Part shown: positions 1 to 9,845 of the stretch, piece after piece | Numbering within the stretch: position 1 is the stretch's first letter | Layout of the letters: each line of letters begins with the position of its first letter | Origin: Gamaleyavirus NAN33P5 | Reading direction: 5' to 3' (one strand) | DNA length: 64,000 nucleotides | Sequence record: OZ035750.1 | Position numbers and translations under genes: made by a program | The notes under the pieces: model-generated | What the model was told of the DNA's origin: nothing | The model's input: the letters and a program-made list of their open reading frames with translations, nothing else | Database searches by the model: none

Positions 1-29
1 AATAGACATAACTTTGTAGAGAGATAAGT

Positions 30-719
30 ATGAGTGAGCTAACTAAGCAGCAGATCATTAATGCCTTGCCTGCTAACTTCAAAAACAGTGTGAGCCAGGA
101 ATTGGTAGACACAATTAACAACATAACCCAAGACCAACTGGTTGCTGAAGCATTCCGTGAAAACTTCATCTCTTACTCTGGTGTTATGAAGGAGGGTAAG
201 TTTAAGACACAGGACTACATGAATGCAGTTCAGTATGTGACTTACAAACATATGGGCTATTCCAATAAGGAAGCCTACTTCAAAACATTCCCTAACCGAC
301 AAGCAGAACTTATAGCACGAGGAACCAGTGAGAAAGATATTAGTGCTTACGTATCTGCTTACCACAGGGGTAAGTTAGTTAACCTCATCATGGAACAAAG
401 TTTGGTTCCAGTGTGGATTGTGAACCAAGACAATTATCAGAAGGCTATTAATGTTCAGGTTGAACTGATGACTACAGCAGCAAGTGAGAAAGTAAGATGT
501 GATGCAGCTAACTCTATCCTTACTCATTTAGCTAAACCGAAAGACCAGGTAACGAATATCAATCTGGACTTGAGGGAGAACTCTGGGTTGACTGACCTCA
601 AGGCAACGCTTGCTGCATTGGCTGAACAGCAAATTAATGCAATCAATAGTGGTGTACCTACTAAAGAGATTGCTGGTTCTAAACTAGTACGTGCAGATGA
701 GGACATTACAGATGTCTGA
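30..719 (+). CDS. hypothetical protein immediately upstream of terminase large subunit; possible terminase small subunit
   Basis: 229-aa ORF overlapping the terL start; position equivalent to the small gene next to terL in N4-like genomes; no diagnostic motif seen. Confidence 0.3.
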   Translation: MSELTKQQIINALPANFKNSVSQELVDTINNITQDQLVAEAFRENFISYSGVMKEGKFKTQDYMNAVQYVTYKHMGYSNKEAYFKTFPNRQAELIARGTSEKDISAYVSAYHRGKLVNLIMEQSLVPVWIVNQDNYQKAINVQVELMTTAASEKVRCDAANSILTHLAKPKDQVTNINLDLRENSGLTDLKATLAALAEQQINAINSGVPTKEIAGSKLVRADEDITDV

Positions 720-2301
720 GTTAATTAAACAGGAACTAGATGAATGGTTGGACCAGGTGGATTACTCCCACCTTAATTCCTCTAACTATGTTCCCAGTCA
801 GTTTGCTCTTACCTTCGCCAACTTTATTAAACTGGTTAATGGCAAAGAAGGTGAATCCAACAAAACACCTCCGGTTCACCTGAAGATGTTGGACAAGATG
901 ATTACCCCGAACCAGTATGTAGTTAATCTGTGTTTCCGTGGTGCAGGTAAGACTGCTGTGTTCATGGAATACTTTACTTTGTTCTTGGCAGTGTTTGGAC
1001 ACTTACCAAGTTTAGGTAAGGTAGAGGGAATGATTTACGTATCTGACTCAATGGATAACGGTGCTAAGTCTGCACGTAAGAACATTGAGTTCCGTTACAA
1101 GAATAGTGAGTTCCTTCAACAGTGGATACCTGAAGCTACTTTTACGGATAACCTGTTAGAGTTCCGTAATGCAGAAGGTCATCGACTGGGTGTTAAGTTG
1201 TTTGGTGCTAAGACAGGTCTTCGTGGTACGAAGATATATGGTAAACGTCCAACACTCTGTGTACTGGATGACTTGATTAGTGATGGTGATGCTAACTCCA
1301 AGACCAGCATGGAAGCTATTAAGGATACTGTCTATAAAGGTGTGAACCATGCTCTTGACCCAACACGTCGTAAAGTAATCTTCAATGGTACTCCATTTAA
1401 TAAGGAAGACATCATCATTGAGGCAGTTGAGTCCGGTGCATGGGATGTCAACGTATGGCCTGTATGTGAGAAGTTTCCTTGTAGTAGAGAAGAGTTTCAG
1501 GGTGCATGGGATGACCGTTTCTCCTATGACTATATCAAAGCACAATACGATATGGCAGTTAAGACTGGTAAGTTGGCTGGTTTCTACCAAGAACTTATGC
1601 TTCGTATTAGTTCTGAAGACGAACGACTTGTTCAGGATAGTGAGATTAAATGGTATAGCAGACAACAACTGTTAAGGATGAGGTCCTGCTACAACTATTA
1701 TATTACAACCGACTTTGCTACTTCGGAGAAACAGACCAGTGACTACAGTGTCATATCAGTTTGGGCTTATAGTTCTAATGGAGATTGGTTCTGGGTTGAT
1801 GGCGTGGCTAATCGTCAGCTTATGGACAAGAACTTCGACGACTTATTCCGTCTGGTTCAGGAATACCAACCACAAAACGTTGGTGTCGAAATTACAGGGC
1901 AACAGAATGGATTCATCTCACTCCTTCAGAAAGAAATGATTAACCGTAATGTCTTCTTTAACTTTGCTACCTCTGAAGGTGGTAAGCCAGGCATCCGTCC
2001 TGTAACCTCTAAGCTGTCACGCTTTAACCTGGTAGTTCCTTGGTTCAAAGCTGGTAAGATGTACTTCCCAGAAGAGTTGAGAGATACAACTATTATGGGT
2101 CTGTTCATGGGCCAGATTAAACTAGCTACCATTAATGGAATCAAAGGTAAGGATGACTGTATTGATACTATCTCCATGCTGGGTTATCTCAATCCTTGGA
2201 AACCACAAGCAGGTATGACCATGGTGGATAACAAGGGTGACCCGATGTGGGATGATGAAGAGGAAGAAAGTGTTAATCCACTGCGTTCATACATTGTGTG
2301 A
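691..2301 (+). CDS. terL: terminase large subunit
   Basis: 536 aa; P-loop-like 'FRGAGKT', Walker-B-like 'LCVLDDLISD', C-terminal RNaseH-like nuclease region ('YITTDFATSEKQTSDYSVISVWAY'); true start may be the internal Met near 712. Confidence 0.85.
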   Translation: MQMRTLQMSELIKQELDEWLDQVDYSHLNSSNYVPSQFALTFANFIKLVNGKEGESNKTPPVHLKMLDKMITPNQYVVNLCFRGAGKTAVFMEYFTLFLAVFGHLPSLGKVEGMIYVSDSMDNGAKSARKNIEFRYKNSEFLQQWIPEATFTDNLLEFRNAEGHRLGVKLFGAKTGLRGTKIYGKRPTLCVLDDLISDGDANSKTSMEAIKDTVYKGVNHALDPTRRKVIFNGTPFNKEDIIIEAVESGAWDVNVWPVCEKFPCSREEFQGAWDDRFSYDYIKAQYDMAVKTGKLAGFYQELMLRISSEDERLVQDSEIKWYSRQQLLRMRSCYNYYITTDFATSEKQTSDYSVISVWAYSSNGDWFWVDGVANRQLMDKNFDDLFRLVQEYQPQNVGVEITGQQNGFISLLQKEMINRNVFFNFATSEGGKPGIRPVTSKLSRFNLVVPWFKAGKMYFPEELRDTTIMGLFMGQIKLATINGIKGKDDCIDTISMLGYLNPWKPQAGMTMVDNKGDPMWDDEEEESVNPLRSYIV

Positions 2302-2307
2302 GGAAAC

Positions 2308-3015
2308 ATGATTAAGTTAACAGAGTTATATAAGAGTCTGGCTATGTCTGTCTTGAATAACACCAGTGTGATAACTGATGACAAGAAAGACATTGAGCCA
2401 GATAAAAAAGAGTACATCCTTGAGTTTATTAATGAGGGACTGACCCGTCTACATGGTAGGTTCCCATTAAAGACAAACAATGTATTTGTTGAAATGCGTG
2501 AGGGTAGAACTGAATACCCTTTACTAGCTCGTTATTCTTTTATGGGATTCGATCCTGCCCTAGCACAGTACCCATTCATTATGGATTCTGCTAGTAACCC
2601 ATTTAAAGAAGACGTCATTAAAATCCTGATGGTGTATGATTCAGAAGGGCAAAGGCGTGGGCTGAATGATAATCACAATCCACATGGATTGTTTACCCCA
2701 CGCCCAGATACATTACAGTGTATTCGTCCTCGTCATTGCGAAGTACTTACGGTAACCTATCAAGCGAAACACCCAACTATTACTGTGGACGGTGAGAACC
2801 AGGAGATTGATTTACCTGATACCCTACTGCCTGCTTTAAAGTACTGGGTAGCTTATAGTTACTACACTGGACTCAATACTGCCGAGAGTACTAGCAAAGC
2901 AGCAGAGTACCTGCAAATGTACGAATCAATCTGTGGGGAAGTTAAGGACTACGACCTCGGAAGCAGTAGTGAGTCAAGCACAAATACATTATTTGAAAGA
3001 AGAGGATGGATATGA
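2308..3015 (+). CDS. virion structural protein (function unknown)
   Basis: 235-aa ORF between terL and tailspike genes, tightly packed in the late operon. Confidence 0.4.
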   Translation: MIKLTELYKSLAMSVLNNTSVITDDKKDIEPDKKEYILEFINEGLTRLHGRFPLKTNNVFVEMREGRTEYPLLARYSFMGFDPALAQYPFIMDSASNPFKEDVIKILMVYDSEGQRRGLNDNHNPHGLFTPRPDTLQCIRPRHCEVLTVTYQAKHPTITVDGENQEIDLPDTLLPALKYWVAYSYYTGLNTAESTSKAAEYLQMYESICGEVKDYDLGSSSESSTNTLFERRGWI

Positions 3016-5708
3016 ATTCTCATAACCCATTTAACACAGGCGGTAATGGTTGCCCTAATGACTTTCGGTCTGATGATCAGTTGGTTGACCGAATTATTGG
3101 AGATGCCTACCACGTAGTAAAGGAAGTTTACCTTGCACTTGGTAACCTTACCTACATTTATAACTACCTACAAAAGTATGGCCTGATTATTACTGTAGAT
3201 AGTGAGGAAGCAATCAAGGACATTCCACTCTCTATTGGGAAGTTTGCTCGTATTTATAATAAATCAGAGACGGCAGGTTACTACTTCACTGACTACCTTT
3301 ATGTAGATGATGATACTAGTGGTATTAAGCCTAACGAACCAGGTGCTACAGGTTCCTGGGTTAGTGCTAAAGCCACTGGTTCCAATGCCTCGTTTGTTCG
3401 TATTTGGAAATACGTTGGGGAGTATAATGGACAAACTATAATACAGTTACCTACTGATATTCCCATTATCGACGTTCAGACTATCTACGTCTCTGGTGTA
3501 CGCCAGAATAGTGGAGATGGTTTTGAGTACAACGAGGGTAGTAAAACCATCACCCTAGCTGATGAGCTTGAGATTGGTACACCGGTAACGGTTATACTCG
3601 GTATAACAGACCCTGACCTTGGTTTGGATATCTTCTCTATTCTGGCTAAAAGTGACGCAGCTTCCACTATAGGTGCTGTTAGTGAAACCAATGAACCATC
3701 TACCGTGGCTGACGAGTTAGTAGCAGCTCGTAATAAACTCAAAGCATTCGAGGATGCTTTAGCTAAGCCAGATGGCTACAAACTGGTCGGTAGTGTAGCG
3801 TCCTTTTCTTCTATGCGTTTGATGACTGGATTGGTCCCAGGGCAACGAGTAAAACTAGCTTCTTATTACTCAGGTGGTAACACAGGAGGAGGTGAGTTTA
3901 TTGTCAAGACTGGTTCAGCTGTGGATGATGCTGGTCATATTTGTGTACCTGCTTCTCAATCTGGTATTTACCTGGAACGTCGTACTAGTACTGTTAAGTT
4001 TAGCGACTATGGTATCACTACGGAGAGTAATAGCTCCGGCCCACGAGTTGACCAGTCTGACAAGGTACAGGCTGCTATTAACAGAGCTAAGAGCCTGAAG
4101 TATGTGTTGGATACTGAAATAGCTTCAGAAAACCACTACATTTATACTGGTATCTATGTAGAGAAAGGTATTGATATTACCGGGCTAAAAACTATTCGAG
4201 GTTGCTTCTCTTTACTGTTTGACTCTACTAAAATCGCTGGCTTATCAGCCCCTGGTTATTCTGACGTACAATGGGCTTTGGTTAACTTAAACGCTAAGTT
4301 TGACACTGCTGGTATCATCTTTGGTACTACTGTAGGTAACCAATCGTTCGATAGTATTGTGGTACGTGATGTATCTAACCGTGGTGCATCCTGCGGTGGG
4401 CAACTTCATGTTACATCCGGGACCATGGTATCTGGTGCATTATGTGCTACTGATGTTAATGGACCCGGCGTGTGGGTACTTGGTTCCTATGATTCTGTGA
4501 TTTCGGATATCCGTACAGTGAATTGCGGTAACGCTTTGTTGTGGGCTATCGATATTGCAGGTTACAGGGGTTCTCGCGTAGATAATACCAACTGCATGGT
4601 TATTAGTAGGATTGAGAGTCATGATTCACTAGACCGTGCTTTGCGTTGCAATGCAGACCTTTCAGACATTGGTGAGATTCACGTCGAGGCTACTGTAGTT
4701 GCTTCAAATGCTGTATCCAGTTCTGCAACTATTGCGGATAATGGCTGGGGATACGCAAACGTACTGCTTGCAGGATTAGGTACTACCTACGGTTCTGTAC
4801 GAGATTTACCTGTATCTGGTTCTATACCAGCCGTTTTTGAGCTAGTTGCAGATGATACCAGTATTGGTGAACTCAGCTTGCCTCGGTCTAGTCTGTCTAT
4901 TCACTACGCTTTTACTACACCAAGGGGGACTTTAAGTGCTGGTACTATAAACCTCTCCGGTGATGTTATTGTAAAGGATGGGGCTAATACCAATATAGAT
5001 GCACTGACTGTTACTGGGGCATCCTCTAAAATTACCAGCTCTTCTACTAACTTTAATGTTGGTATTTTAAGGGCTACTGGAGCTAATGCCTCATTTAATG
5101 GTATTGGTGGGCGTTACGGTAGACTTGATTGTGCTGTAGTTTTCCTGACCGGTAGTGATGTAACAAGAGGTTCTATCACCAATCTTACGTTGGGTGACCG
5201 CAATACATTAACTCAGGTTGCTGCTCAGACGCTTTTGGTTAATGGTACTCGAAACTATTTGTCTGATGGTTTTAGGGTTTCTGGTGTTAGTACTTTGAAT
5301 GGTATTAATAACGCTGCTACCAATGCGGTATTTGTTGGTGTTGTGACTCTTACAGACCCCTGGAAGTTTGATAAGGTATATATCAATGCTAACCTGGTTT
5401 ATACGGGCAATACCACATCAACCCTCTATGATGTTTCTTTCCAGGATGTGTTTATAGCAGGTGACTTAGTACTATCAGGAGCTTGCCGTATTCACGGTCA
5501 TAACCTTCGTGTTATCAACTTACGTATAGGCACTATGTCTGAAGGATTCATTGTATTGAATAACTGTGTAGTAGCAGGTGGAGTTGAGGGTAACTATGTA
5601 GATAGTTTTAATGTTCCTGCTATTGGGAGTATTACTCAGAACTTTACTACAGGTGTTCCTTACGTGTATACACCCACAGGATGGAAGCTACTTACAGCAG
5701 CAGCCTAA
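3006..5708 (+). CDS. tailspike/tail fibre protein with predicted right-handed beta-helix (possible depolymerase)
   Basis: 900 aa; Gly/Asn/Thr/Ser-rich periodic segments typical of pectate-lyase-like beta-helix; location in tail module. Confidence 0.55.
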   Translation: MDMNSHNPFNTGGNGCPNDFRSDDQLVDRIIGDAYHVVKEVYLALGNLTYIYNYLQKYGLIITVDSEEAIKDIPLSIGKFARIYNKSETAGYYFTDYLYVDDDTSGIKPNEPGATGSWVSAKATGSNASFVRIWKYVGEYNGQTIIQLPTDIPIIDVQTIYVSGVRQNSGDGFEYNEGSKTITLADELEIGTPVTVILGITDPDLGLDIFSILAKSDAASTIGAVSETNEPSTVADELVAARNKLKAFEDALAKPDGYKLVGSVASFSSMRLMTGLVPGQRVKLASYYSGGNTGGGEFIVKTGSAVDDAGHICVPASQSGIYLERRTSTVKFSDYGITTESNSSGPRVDQSDKVQAAINRAKSLKYVLDTEIASENHYIYTGIYVEKGIDITGLKTIRGCFSLLFDSTKIAGLSAPGYSDVQWALVNLNAKFDTAGIIFGTTVGNQSFDSIVVRDVSNRGASCGGQLHVTSGTMVSGALCATDVNGPGVWVLGSYDSVISDIRTVNCGNALLWAIDIAGYRGSRVDNTNCMVISRIESHDSLDRALRCNADLSDIGEIHVEATVVASNAVSSSATIADNGWGYANVLLAGLGTTYGSVRDLPVSGSIPAVFELVADDTSIGELSLPRSSLSIHYAFTTPRGTLSAGTINLSGDVIVKDGANTNIDALTVTGASSKITSSSTNFNVGILRATGANASFNGIGGRYGRLDCAVVFLTGSDVTRGSITNLTLGDRNTLTQVAAQTLLVNGTRNYLSDGFRVSGVSTLNGINNAATNAVFVGVVTLTDPWKFDKVYINANLVYTGNTTSTLYDVSFQDVFIAGDLVLSGACRIHGHNLRVINLRIGTMSEGFIVLNNCVVAGGVEGNYVDSFNVPAIGSITQNFTTGVPYVYTPTGWKLLTAAA

Positions 5709-5777
5709 CCTGGTAGCAAACACTGAACGACTAGCCCACTTAGGTGGGCTTTAAAACTACAACATGAGGACTAACCC

Positions 5778-7781
5778 ATGAATAAAATGTTCACACAGCC
5801 CACTGGACCAGTGGCTAAACAGACTAATAAACAAGCAATTGCTAGAATATTTTCCGTCAGGCAGGCAGATATAGGTTATATCAATGAGCATATACTAGTG
5901 GATGACTATACTCTGCTGTATGACCGTATCACAGAGGCTACGTGGTACAGAGGCACGGCAACGGGTACTCCACTCAGCTGGTCTGTAACTGGTTCCAAGC
6001 TTACTCTTACTACCACTACTGGTACTTATGAGCTAACTAAAGCTGCTGTTGTTACGGAAGCTTCTCTTAAGTCTCCTTCTGCTATGGAGTCTATTTATAC
6101 TCCTACGGGTGGTACACTGGCTTCTTTATTATTACGTACAGTTTCACCGGCAGAGTTTGGTTTAGTTAATGACCCAACCGGGGTTAATGCAGTTAAGAAT
6201 ACCAAAGCTGTTCAGGATGCGGTGCGTGAACTTAACCGTCTTGGTGGGGGCCGTCTTTTGTTCCCAACTGGGCAGTATACCTTTTGCTATGGCATTTGGT
6301 TATTCAGTAATATCCTTGTAGACCTTAATGGTAGTGTGTGTACATTTAAGGATGCTACCTTCCCATTACGTAGTCGTGCGTGTTTTGTCATGGGTTCTTC
6401 CTACGAGTCCAACCGAGAAAAAGCACTAGAGTTCTATGAAGATGGTTCTTTTGCTAACAATCCTAACCCTACTAATACAGCTTACGTTAACGTACCATTG
6501 GGTACTTTCTTACGTGACAATCCTAATAAGGTTGAGATTGAGAACTGCCATATCTATAACGGGCACTTAAAGGCTACATTCACATCTCCAACAGCTAATG
6601 GTGCATATGCAGTTAATATGGTCAATGCTCAGTATTGCTCAGCACACGACCTAACCTTTGATGGGTTTACAGAAGCTATTAACATGGGTTCGGATACAAA
6701 CAATGAAACCCCATCTTGTCATGGGTGCTCTGCTTATGACTTGGTTGTTTTATCCCCAGACCAGAATAAAACCTATTACTCCATTGGTTTTATTTCTAAC
6801 TCTACTAATTGTGCTATCTCCAGAGCACGGCAGATTGCACCATGTAAAGATGGTACAGAGAATGGTTCTGGCGTCGCTACTAACGTAGTAGAGGATTGCA
6901 TAATTGAGGATATCTTTATCCCATCCTTGGGTATTACTCAGTCTTCCGAGGGGGTACTACTTAATAATGCTAAAGGAAGTCTTGTCCGTAATATTTGTGT
7001 ACGTAATTGTAAGGTAGTTGTTGCTGTATTTTATGTAGGAACCAACTACATCAGTGCTGACAAATGGAACCATGTAACGGGGATTACTGGTAAGGGCACT
7101 ACTGCATTGATTGCAATTCGTGGTAAGTACACTACATTCTCTGACTTTGCTGCTGACTCTACTACCCCATATGAGATTTATTTTGGTACTTCCAACGGTT
7201 CCAATAACCGCATCGAACAAGAACCTAAGACCATCTATTTTACTGAGACGTCCACTATTAAGGCGTTCTGGTATTGCAACAATAACTACATTAAGGGGTG
7301 GGAGGTTAAGAGATTATACCTTAGACCTGCTCAAATATTACTGAATGATAAGGCGTCTGTATTCAGCTTCAATGCTAATAAGTCAGTAGCAATGAACGAT
7401 GATACGACCATTATGTTCTTGTATGACCTCCCACCAGGTATTAAAGCATTAAAGGCTGTTAAGTTGTTTGCCTACTACAACACTAACTCTGTGGCTAAAG
7501 GTAGTAGCATTACTATTGCTGTAAGGCGTATGGTAGCTATTGATGGTAACGCTAACGCTGAGCCATATGTAGAACCAGGTATTGCAGCTACTTCCAATGC
7601 TACCACTGATATGAAGGATATCTCTATGAGTGCTATACACTCAGATACAGTTAGTCCCGGTATGATTCGTATGGATGATACTACCAATGGACTGGCTAAT
7701 AATCTGGATGTACTCGTTACATTCTCCAATACAGCAAAAAACTCTTTGATGAAAGAGTGGGAAATAACTTACGTAGGATAA
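5778..7781 (+). CDS. second tailspike/tail fibre protein (beta-helix-like)
   Basis: 667 aa; N/T/S/G-rich repetitive segments; follows the first spike gene. Confidence 0.5.
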   Translation: MNKMFTQPTGPVAKQTNKQAIARIFSVRQADIGYINEHILVDDYTLLYDRITEATWYRGTATGTPLSWSVTGSKLTLTTTTGTYELTKAAVVTEASLKSPSAMESIYTPTGGTLASLLLRTVSPAEFGLVNDPTGVNAVKNTKAVQDAVRELNRLGGGRLLFPTGQYTFCYGIWLFSNILVDLNGSVCTFKDATFPLRSRACFVMGSSYESNREKALEFYEDGSFANNPNPTNTAYVNVPLGTFLRDNPNKVEIENCHIYNGHLKATFTSPTANGAYAVNMVNAQYCSAHDLTFDGFTEAINMGSDTNNETPSCHGCSAYDLVVLSPDQNKTYYSIGFISNSTNCAISRARQIAPCKDGTENGSGVATNVVEDCIIEDIFIPSLGITQSSEGVLLNNAKGSLVRNICVRNCKVVVAVFYVGTNYISADKWNHVTGITGKGTTALIAIRGKYTTFSDFAADSTTPYEIYFGTSNGSNNRIEQEPKTIYFTETSTIKAFWYCNNNYIKGWEVKRLYLRPAQILLNDKASVFSFNANKSVAMNDDTTIMFLYDLPPGIKALKAVKLFAYYNTNSVAKGSSITIAVRRMVAIDGNANAEPYVEPGIAATSNATTDMKDISMSAIHSDTVSPGMIRMDDTTNGLANNLDVLVTFSNTAKNSLMKEWEITYVG

Positions 7782-7784
7782 GCT

Positions 7785-8027
7785 ATGGATAACTCAGCAA
7801 GCCGTGATGTGATTCAGGTCTACCGTGCATTGTATGATTACCTGGTTAACCAGGAAAACCTAAATGCAGAGCAATCTCTTGTTAAAAGCAGACTTGAACA
7901 GGACCAGGGGATAATCTGTGATAGTTCCCTGGATAGTAAAGTATTTGCTATTCAGACCAGTGTGGCAAATGCCACTACAGACAAAGAACGGGATAGCTAC
8001 CTAGAAGCATTAGTTAGTATCCTGTAA
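7785..8027 (+). CDS. hypothetical protein
   Basis: 80-aa ORF, start 4 nt after spike gene stop, followed by terminator. Confidence 0.3.
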   Translation: MDNSASRDVIQVYRALYDYLVNQENLNAEQSLVKSRLEQDQGIICDSSLDSKVFAIQTSVANATTDKERDSYLEALVSIL

Positions 8028-8031
8028 ACAA

Positions 8032-8058
8032 AGCCCCCATAAAGGGGGCTTTTTCTTT
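8032..8058 (+). terminator. rho-independent terminator
   Basis: stem gccccc / gggggc, loop ataaa, followed by tttttcttt. Confidence 0.75.
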
Positions 8059-8123
8059 CTTCCTTACTCATACTTAAATCAGTATTATCATTCAGTCAGA
8101 CTCTTCTGATACGTCCCGAATGG

Positions 8124-8486
8124 GTGTTATTAAAAAACATTAAGGACTTTCTCATGAGCGATGAATCGACTTCGGTTCTTCTTGCCCGATTGGAGGAAAG
8201 ACTGGAAACACTATTTAAGAACCAAGAAAAAGAAGAACGCTCCAAAGATAGACTGGAGCAAACTCTATCTGGTTTGAGGGAGTCTGTTCAGCAAATGGAA
8301 GGCAGACTAAAGAACGTAGAGGATAGCCTTGCCAAGTCTGAACCCACCATAGAAGAGTTCATCACTATTAAACACAAAGTTGCTGGTGCTGGAATTTTTG
8401 GTAAGTGGGTATGGGCTGGAGCAGGTGCAATTATTGGCATATTGGCTGCTGCAAGACGGGAGATATTCGCATGGTTTGTAGGCTAA
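8124..8486 (+). CDS. coiled-coil protein with C-terminal transmembrane segment (possible lysis-associated/antiholin-like)
   Basis: 120 aa; charged helical N-terminal part, C-terminal 'AGAGIFGKWVWAGAGAIIGILAAA' hydrophobic segment; first gene of the lysis cluster. Confidence 0.35.
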   Translation: MLLKNIKDFLMSDESTSVLLARLEERLETLFKNQEKEERSKDRLEQTLSGLRESVQQMEGRLKNVEDSLAKSEPTIEEFITIKHKVAGAGIFGKWVWAGAGAIIGILAAARREIFAWFVG

Positions 8487-8731
8487 AAAGAAAGATAGGA
8501 CTAGTACCGAATTGGAAGAAGGCCTGGAAGTGGGCATCTGTTCAGATTAGTGCGTTTGGGTTAATTTTGTTTTCTGCTGTAGATATTATCCAACCAATGC
8601 TGACGGGATTGCCTCGTCACATCCTTGAAGATATTCCACATGGTTCCAGCATTACAATCGCACTGTTTGCCCTAAACATTGTAGGCAGACTAATACGATT
8701 CCATCCAAAGGATGATTCTCATGAAAGCTAA
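8471..8731 (+). CDS. putative holin (two transmembrane segments)
   Basis: Internal Met of ORF 8405..8731 ('MVCRL...'); two hydrophobic helices ('ISAFGLILFSAVDII', 'ITIALFALNIVGRLI'), charged C-terminus; stop overlaps endolysin start. Confidence 0.45.
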   Translation: MVCRLKRKIGLVPNWKKAWKWASVQISAFGLILFSAVDIIQPMLTGLPRHILEDIPHGSSITIALFALNIVGRLIRFHPKDDSHES

Positions 8732-9356
8732 ACAGAAACTTGCTGCAAAAGGTGGTGCAGTGGGAGGAGTTGTCGCTGCTATTCTGGGGGCAGTGTTCTA
8801 TATGGAAGGAGGGTATGTAAACAATCCTCGTGACCCAGGTGGGGAAACTAATCATGGTATTACTCAATCAGTAGCTAAGTCTCATAAAGAAGTTCTGGCT
8901 ACTGAGTATGGTTGGGATGGTTCCATGAAGGGTTTATCTAAAGAGATGGCTGCTGAGATATACATTGATGACTATGTACTTAAGCCTAACTTCGTAGCCT
9001 TCGCTGATATATCTCCTGCTGTAACACATAAACTGGTTGATGCTGGTGTTAATACCGGTGTAACCAGACCAGCTAAGTGGTTGCAGCAATCTCTTAATGA
9101 AATGTCCCGTGATGGCAAAGACTACCCTAAAGTACAAGTTGATGGTAAAGTCGGTGCAGGTACTATTAATGCATATAAAGCATTACAGAAAAAACGAGGC
9201 AAAGTTGCAGCATGTCAGGTAATGATTAAGTTACTTGATGCTAAACAACTGAACCACTACACCTCATTGAACATGCCAGACTTTACGTATGGTTGGGTAG
9301 CTAACCGAATCGGTAATGTGCCACTGGAGGCATGTAATGAAGATGCTAATCTCTAA
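8712..9356 (+). CDS. endolysin, GH108-type muramidase with peptidoglycan-binding domain and SAR-like N-terminal segment
   Basis: 'EGGYVNNPRDPGGETNHGIT' GH108 signature after a Gly/Ala-rich weakly hydrophobic N-terminus ('GGAVGGVVAAILGAVFYM'); N4 gp61-like position. Confidence 0.8.
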   Translation: MILMKAKQKLAAKGGAVGGVVAAILGAVFYMEGGYVNNPRDPGGETNHGITQSVAKSHKEVLATEYGWDGSMKGLSKEMAAEIYIDDYVLKPNFVAFADISPAVTHKLVDAGVNTGVTRPAKWLQQSLNEMSRDGKDYPKVQVDGKVGAGTINAYKALQKKRGKVAACQVMIKLLDAKQLNHYTSLNMPDFTYGWVANRIGNVPLEACNEDANL

Positions 9357-9837
9357 AGGTTGGCCTTATCTTCTGGTGGTGGTCCTTGGGGCCACCATTT
9401 ACTTTTGGGGTAATTCCAATGGACAGTCTACTGTTCAAAAGAAGTGGGATGCCCAAAAGGTTGAAGACCTGAAGGCAACGCAAAAACTACAGGACAAATA
9501 CAATGCTCTCCAAAGAAACCATAGTTATGAAGTCGGGCTACTCACTTCCCGGTTGCAGACGGCTGAGAGTAATTACGCAAGCGAGCTTGCTCGCGTTAGC
9601 AGTGATTACGACAGCCGGATGCAACAGTCTGAAAGACGAGCATCGGTATATAAACGTCAAGCCGAAGCCGGAACCCTTGAGTGCAGAAGTCTTGCAAGCC
9701 ATGCAGCCAGACTCGACAACAGTCTTGAAGAAGGCAGACGTTTGGTTGAAGAACTCCGGGCAACTGTTAGACTCCGTGACAACCAACTAATTGAGTTGGG
9801 TAAGCAAATTCAGGCTGACCGTAAACTTTTTGAATAG
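9316..9837 (+). CDS. i-spanin (Rz-like)
   Basis: 173 aa; N-terminal TM ('[17 protein letters not shown]') then coiled-coil-like charged periplasmic domain; immediately after endolysin. Confidence 0.6.
   Translation: MCHWRHVMKMLISKGWPYLLVVVLGATIYFWGNSNGQSTVQKKWDAQKVEDLKATQKLQDKYNALQRNHSYEVGLLTSRLQTAESNYASELARVSSDYDSRMQQSERRASVYKRQAEAGTLECRSLASHAARLDNSLEEGRRLVEELRATVRLRDNQLIELGKQIQADRKLFE
9527..9790 (+). CDS. o-spanin (Rz1-like lipoprotein) embedded in +1 frame of Rz
   Basis: Signal peptide with lipobox 'ITTAGC', short Pro-rich mature peptide; entirely nested in the Rz gene. Confidence 0.55.
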   Translation: MKSGYSLPGCRRLRVITQASLLALAVITTAGCNSLKDEHRYINVKPKPEPLSAEVLQAMQPDSTTVLKKADVWLKNSGQLLDSVTTN

Positions 9838-9845
9838 GATTAACT

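Noticed and set aside
8405-8470. N-terminal extension of ORF 8405..8731 overlapping the upstream gene
   Set aside because: The extension lies inside the 8124..8486 coding region; the TM-containing part starts at the internal Met (about 8471), which is the more plausible holin start.
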